Of a stretch of DNA of 64,000 nt, positions 57,642-64,000 are shown one piece after another. The stretch is from Balanoglossus misakiensis. Its lineage: Eukaryota; Animalia; Hemichordata. The stretch's first letter is position 1. The number at the start of each line of letters is the position of its first letter. The position numbers and the translations under genes are program-made. The DNA lies in NCBI GenBank assembly GCA_040954595.2, contig CM082592.2, forward strand, positions 5,302,209 through 5,366,208, read 5' to 3'. Below the pieces are notes generated by a model that was not told the origin of the DNA, made no database searches, and saw only the letters and a list, made by a program, of their open reading frames with translations.

Positions 57642-60428
57642 ATGTAGGAGAGACTTTTTGTAAAAAATATGGTTGTCATTGTCTAATTGTGTACTCCTAA
57701 ACACAGGGGCATCAGTAATTACTGCAGCTAATGTCGTATATGCAAGCATTTACTAAAGTCGTCAGCTTCACTTGGCTTTTCCATGTCACTCTTCTCGTCA
57801 CAAAGCCATGGACACCAAAACACACATTTGTTGATGCGTTGCTTCTCCCCTTTATTGAAATCAGACGACAAAGAAATATGGTAAAAAGTATCCAGATTTT
57901 AAATAACTTACATACATGGGTTAAAGCACACACTGACAAAATCTGAATATATTACAATGAAACAGAGCAAGGTATAGTCGACAAATGACTAAAACGCAGA
58001 GGTTTCTCAGACAAATCATGTATATGTTTTGAATCAGTCTTCAAAAACACGTGTGACGGGAACAAAATATAGAAATTGCATGTGCATGAATTACCATAAC
58101 TGAGACTACTAGGTTCGCCATCATGATCATACTGGTTTACAAAATGGGGAAGGGGAAAAAAAGGCTGTACAATTTCTTGAATTAACCCATGCAACAGCAC
58201 TCCTGATGTAACCATGGTAACCCAGCCCTTGTCACTGACAAGGGCAATCCAATGATTCACTTGAGTTGTGGAATCAAGTATCCAAGTACCCACGCATCAT
58301 GCCCCAGGATGTGAAAAAGTCTGAAACCAGTTCAACTTTCTGTTCACTAACAGTGTTAACAATTGTAGCTTAGGAATCGTGCACTACAAGTATGAGTATG
58401 CACTGTTCATTTGTGATTGGCTGATTAACAGGTGTAACTGGTGAGTGGAGCCAATCACAACACAATCACCACAGAGTGTATCTGCATATATATAAATCCC
58501 AAAATAACAAGCATGGCCTGTCAAGTAAACTTGTGACTTATTCACAACCTCTGAAACGTTAAAATCAACAACCAAATAGCATGACCTGTAAACAAACAAA
58601 CAAAGCAAACAGTATGACAACAGACAAAAGACCCAAGCAGAATACAGATCACTTCCTCAGTCCAAACAGCGGCATATGACTGGAATAATATTTATTTATT
58701 AATAATTGCTAATTTACATAAACATCTTTAAATACAAATATAGTCACATGATTCTGTGCGGACCAGCTTGTAGGTTTTTTGGAGTTGTCAACAAAATGTT
58801 AAATCAAACTAAGTTGCCTTGGGTAAAAAAGTAATTACTATTATGGGGATCTTGGGTAAATAGCTATGTTCTAAATTCAAAGTGTAAATTACAATTAAAA
58901 AACAACACAGCATGACTTTTTTGCTTTCTCTGGGAACAAAAGATTGGCATTAATTGAAAAACCTGTACACGAGCAGTACATGTATTACAGAGCACTGCAT
59001 GGATGTTCTTGTGTTAGAAATCTGAATGAAGCTCTAGAGGGCGCTACACCAATCTTTTCTTGATTGATCAATATGGGCATCGCTTTTTATATTTACTATA
59101 GAAGCGGCATGTGTTAATAAATTGTGTGCTCGCAAGAGCAAAATGTGGATGATAAATGACACACTTTCAATACAGAACTGCCACCATTTGGTTAAAAAAG
59201 TTAGTAAATTTGTAGCATTTTTACCTGGCTCTCAATGCTCATTTTATCACCACAAAATAAGGAATAGTTTCCTTGACATAGCAGCCACAAGGGACATGCA
59301 TCTTTTATATACATTAGAGACAAAAGCTCAGACACTTCGCAGAATTTCCGACCAATTCTGTGTCTGATGTTCAAGTAAAGTTAGGATTACTAACTTTCCT
59401 TTCAGTCACTGATCAAGCTAATTATGAAAAATATTTGTTTTCACAACAAAATGCTTTTCCTTCCAAATCTGAGTAAACTTCTGTATATTTTATCACTGAA
59501 AATTATGCTGTGATAATTTATTATGGGAATCCGAAGTTTCCTGATTTTACAGAAGAGGGTGGCATGTTTGACAGAATTTACAGGCATGATGCAACTGTGT
59601 GCGAGAACAGTGGCTTTTGTTCAAAATGGCAGTTAGAAACGCTCAACTCGATTAATAATTTGGCTGATTACATGACTACAGTAAGGGGTTAGTCAGTTAC
59701 TTGTGGAAGATGAAGAGAGGCATAACTTGCTTAAACTAGGGTGTCTTCAAACAGCTGGCTCTCATTGGTTAAAGGATAAAAAATACATGAAACCCCTTAG
59801 GTAAGTATTAACTCCTGAAAAAAACAACAGAAAATGTCAAGCTTCCATGATTCAACCCAATCAATGACAAATGTTTGAAACATTTTTGAAAAGTTGAAAA
59901 AACAACAAAAGACAAATTGCAAATCACAACAAAAATATGTACTTCTTTTTAACCTCCTGCATGTTGCTGTAAAGCTATAAGCTGTATTTCATGGAAACAG
60001 TATCAGACAGAAAAAAAATCACAATTTTAAAAATTGCACAACTGTACAGAAAGAGCGACATTAACATAGAACGTACACAACAAAAAATTTGTTCTGATTT
60101 TGTGAATGTTCGCCTCATCCATCCCACACACCCCTGCTTGTGAGTAGACAAAACCATCAATGAAATAGGATTGTGATATTTTGTTGAGGGGGTGGGTACA
60201 AGAATATATTGGTCACCATTCTTCCAACACCGAGCATGAGATGCTTCATGACTTGCAACTGCAGAACTGGAAAAAGTATTTCAAGGCAAGCTAGGGGGTC
60301 ATTAAACAGCTGCTTCCAATCTGACTGGTCAAGAGATGTCTGGATTTGCATACAGCCCCTTAAGTTTGTGCAGCAAATGTGAACATCTGCATAAAGGCCC
60401 CCTAAGTTCGCATCAGGTTGCAGCGGCA

Positions 60429-63400
60429 CTACTGAACCAGAGTGACGACCTGTTTTGCTGCTTTAGTTATGTCAATAGAACACTGTATCACTTGCTGCTG
60501 CGCTTGTTGATAATTTATGCTGGCCCCGTCCTCCCGAAGGAAGATACTTTTGCACTCTTCCTGAAGTCGCACGGCTGAGCTAAGTAGGAAGTTCAGTGAC
60601 ATTTTCATTTCTTCTGATCGTGGACTCTGTAGAGTAAATGTCGAGAAATACAAATTACACGCTGTTCAACAGCAAGAAAAAAAGTTAAGAAGATTCTGGA
60701 CGCAACTATATTCCTTTAATTTGCATACATCTTCCACAGGGAGTATTTAATACAATGAATCAAAGCAGTAATGATGTGTAAATTTTGCCACTCATGACAC
60801 TGCAGTCTATGCCACTGCTTAGAAAGACTTGGTACTGGTTACAACTGCATCACACACATGCACTTACCTCTGGAAAGAGATTGACCATTTGAGAGACCGC
60901 ATCGTAGACATCATTGGAACATGGTATAAATCTGCATTGAACAGAAAGGGATCACATCAGCATGCATGTCTAATAATATCGTAGGAACAGTTCTGATTAG
61001 ATCTACTCTTGAACAAAATGGACACTGAAAGAAATTGTCAACTTATAGTGGTACAAAGGAGCCTGGCTGAACAGTTTCATTGGAATGTATGCTGACATAT
61101 TTCAGACAGATGGACCGTGACAATGGACAGACAATTATCTCTTATGACAGGACAACCAACTCTTTGACCCCCTCCCCCCCCCCTCGGAATGAAGCTAAAA
61201 GCAGGGAAAATCATCTCTTACCTTTCGTGGTTTCCTTCTTGTACTGCTCCGAATAAAATTTGTATTTTTCGCGTGATTGGTTCTAGTTTCTGGTTCACGT
61301 CTTTCCCACTTGGAAACGTTCTCTCAACACCGTCTGTCACTGTGTCTTCAGAACTGCTGGCTTCTCTCAGCAATGGGGTTGTTTGGCTGTCATGTGTGTG
61401 CGATTCTTGACTACAGGCAGACAGAAAAAAATCTTGTCAGAAATAATTACCATAATAGTGTTTCCTACTAATTTAATTTGACAGCCATCCACAATTAAAT
61501 TTTGTATTAACCACAAGATCTTTCCATAAAAGTGTTTTGACAAATAACATGGCTGGATGTGACAATATCTTAAATACATCACAAGTTTTTCTGTCGAGTT
61601 ACCAGAAATTAAAGAGAACACAGATTTACCTTGATGCTGAAATGTCTTCCTGTTGTTGTAGAGATGTGTTGTCATAATCACTCTCACACTGACTCACTCT
61701 CTCTTCCACTTTTGTCAACGTCGATGACGTACTCAGTTTTCCACTCCTTTTCACCTGAAAACCACCACAAATAGATTGCAAGAATTATGAGCAGCGCCCT
61801 CTTTGGTGTCACATAGTGATTATTTTGTTTCTGCCATTCACCAGTTGCGCCAAGCTCGATTTTCACAATGGAGTGGAGGTGCCCAATGCTACATAACTTT
61901 ATCCCGAAATGTAAAATTCTAAGTCGGGTGAACTTTCCACCCTGGGTGAAATTAATGGCATGATTGATAAAGTGCCACAATGATGGGATATTTACCTTAT
62001 CTAAGAAATTTCACTTTTAGTGTATGGAAATGTTAAAAATTAGAAAGAGCGCAGAAAAGTGGTGAAGTTTATGGCAGAAACCTAAAACCCAGTTGTCGGC
62101 GCAGAGAAACGTGAAACTTACAACTTGCTCGTTCTCTTGCAGCAGCGTCTCCAGCAGATCCTCCGTCGACGGCACCTTGTCCCCTTCCGTGGGCCACTGA
62201 TTCTGCTGCAGCTGCTGCACCACCCGCGGTTCGAACATGGACTGCGGCCTCCCCCCGCTCCTCGACGACCGACTGGTTCCCGTTCCCGTGCTGCTGCTGC
62301 TGGCGTCGCTCTGCGTGGTGTCGTGGCCGTTGCTGATGACCGTCGTCGGTGCCTCCACGGTGCGGGAGAGCGTCTGCGTTCTCAGCTGCGAGTTCTCTTG
62401 CATTAGCTTTTGTACCTGTTTTTGCAAGTGGGGAAATTTCACTCGTTTCAGCTCGTCTTTTGCTCAAGCGGTAAAAGGATTTGTATTTTAACACACTTAA
62501 GCATAGGAGTGGAAATAGTGCGAATGACACTGCAGCTCCCATTTTGATGATGTGACACTATGATGTCAAATTGCTGCATTTATTGCTGATTTATTGTTTA
62601 TAATCGTTTATATATGTTATATTTATATGGTTTGATTAATGAAGCCTTAATTTCTTTAGCTGCATATGTTCCTTACTCATAACACCATGCACATGCTCAT
62701 CAATCTCTCTGTGGGAAAAATGCTATCATATTTCTTGCAGCATTGCCTATGATGTAATATATTTATCTCATGATGTATAATGTCACATCTTTCTATAGCA
62801 GTTGCAATAGCTGTGATGAACCGATTAAAGGCCACAGGTCTATGCCTCTGCCTACAAACACTATCATTGTGAATGACAGAAACAGTATATATCAATGTAT
62901 TCTTTCTTACCACGCTTTGTAAAAGGCTGATTTCTTTTGTCAAGTTTTTGTTTGCAACCATGAGTTGTTGAACTTTGGCCTCCGAGCTCGCCAGCGATTT
63001 CTTGACGTCCAAATACTCCTCCAGTGTAATGGGGTTGTCTGACAACTCCGACGATGCCCTGCTCTGTGAATGGAGACAGAAATAGATGGGTGCCATTCTC
63101 TAGAACAAAGTTCACTCAATGGAGGTAAGGATAAAAGATTGATAGACAAATTTGGACTTGTTGGCCTTGTAAGTTCCTTGGAAATGTGGCAACAATGTTA
63201 TTCTTCGATATCAAATGACGTCAGACGCGCTCAGGCGGCAGTTACGTTCGCATTCGAATTTACAGATGACGGGCAACTTCAACAACGTGGTGCAGCCAAA
63301 GACTGTGCAGACGAAACTCCATGAGGCTGATAAGGCACCATACCTGATACATGTTACGTGTCTGGTAGTTCTAAAGTAAAAACATACTTGGAAAAACTTT

Positions 63401-64000
63401 TACTGGATGCCGAAATATTGCTTGCCCGTCATCTGGAAATGACAACGCCGTGTGTCACATGGCCAAATCACGTGATTGATTGTCAAGAATTTCTTCCTGT
63501 GGCTTGAAAAATTGACACCTACCCCGGACCTGCCACGCTTTGGTGAATTTTCTTCGGCTGCACTCAGCCGTGCATTTATATCTCCTTCGTCGTCCGACGC
63601 CACGCTGTCGTACAGCGGTTCGTCGTCGCTGATCGTACTTGGCACTTTGCCAGTGATGTGTCGGGGGTCGAGAACTTTCATGGGTGGCGGTGCTGGAGGG
63701 GGGTCCCGGAATGCCATTATGTCTTGTGTATCTGGAAGGAAACAATTTCGCTTGAGGTTCAATGAATGACATTTTTTTCAAATCTGCTGTCTATCTAACA
63801 AGGAAAGTAGCTGTTTTCACCCTATCATGTACTTCCACAAAGCCAAGACGCTGTCACACTCCAATGCCTTTACGTACATTGTCATCACTAACATTTCTGA
63901 CAAACTCCACTCAGATTGGCTGAACACCAGGTGGCAGCTTAAAACTCAAACACTTACCGATTGGTCTAATGATTGACTTGTGACTCGATCGCCTCCTGGC
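60429..64000 (-). CDS. GIT2: ARF-GAP GIT1/2 orthologue, 3' portion (end of Spa2 homology region, coiled coil, paxillin-binding domain); 5' end lies outside the window
   Basis: Exons 64000-63958 (partial), 63731-63523 (DDEPLYDSVASDDE), 63063-62911 (PITLEEYLDVKKSLASSEAKVQQLM), 62415-62122 (RPQSMFE), 61754-61630 (ESDYDNT), 61410-61222 (EPITRKIQILF), 60931-60868 (FIPCS..LFP), 60626-60429 (QQVIQCSIDITKAAKQVVT, TAG). Probably a single GIT1/2 pro-orthologue. Confidence 0.9.
63344..63370 (-). CDS. Candidate 27-nt (or 18-nt) in-frame microexon of GIT (NYQTRNMYQ)
   Basis: gtttttactttag|AACTACCAG^ACACGTAACATGTATCAG|gtatgg. Both acceptors keep phase 0 between the flanking exons. Confidence 0.5.

Noticed and set aside
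61997-62001. 5-nt mini-exon candidate (ttag|ATAAG|gtaaat) in a GIT intron
   Set aside because: Not frame-preserving and has a short pyrimidine tract; likely chance.

Overview
AT-rich, intron-containing animal DNA, probably a non-vertebrate deuterostome (inferred from single pro-orthologue-like genes and gene order). The ORF track is mostly noise, so genes were assembled by hand from splice sites and frame continuity. Five conserved genes are present: DGCR2-like (-, 11753-18429), PXMP2 (+, 18730-20449), Srrm2/3/4 (-, 22615-46387), THOC6 (+, 53381-57385) and the 3' part of GIT1/2 (-, 60429 to beyond 64000). DGCR2/PXMP2 and Srrm234/THOC6 are head-to-head pairs. The most striking observation is the apparent satellite at 1-5301. 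On the minus strand every unit reads long (TC)n tract - YAG - exactly 3 nt - GTAAGT/GTATGT. The splice signals are invariant while the 3 nt between them vary (CGA, GAG, CCT, CTT, GAC, CGT), suggesting a gene built from at least 17 tandem single-codon microexons. The same window carries Srrm2/3/4, the known microexon regulator, with alternative last exons (eMIC versus non-eMIC), a dense UGCAUG cluster between them, a CUAAC cluster and candidate microexons of its own. Several MITE families and microsatellites are also present. All splicing calls are predictions and need RNA evidence.
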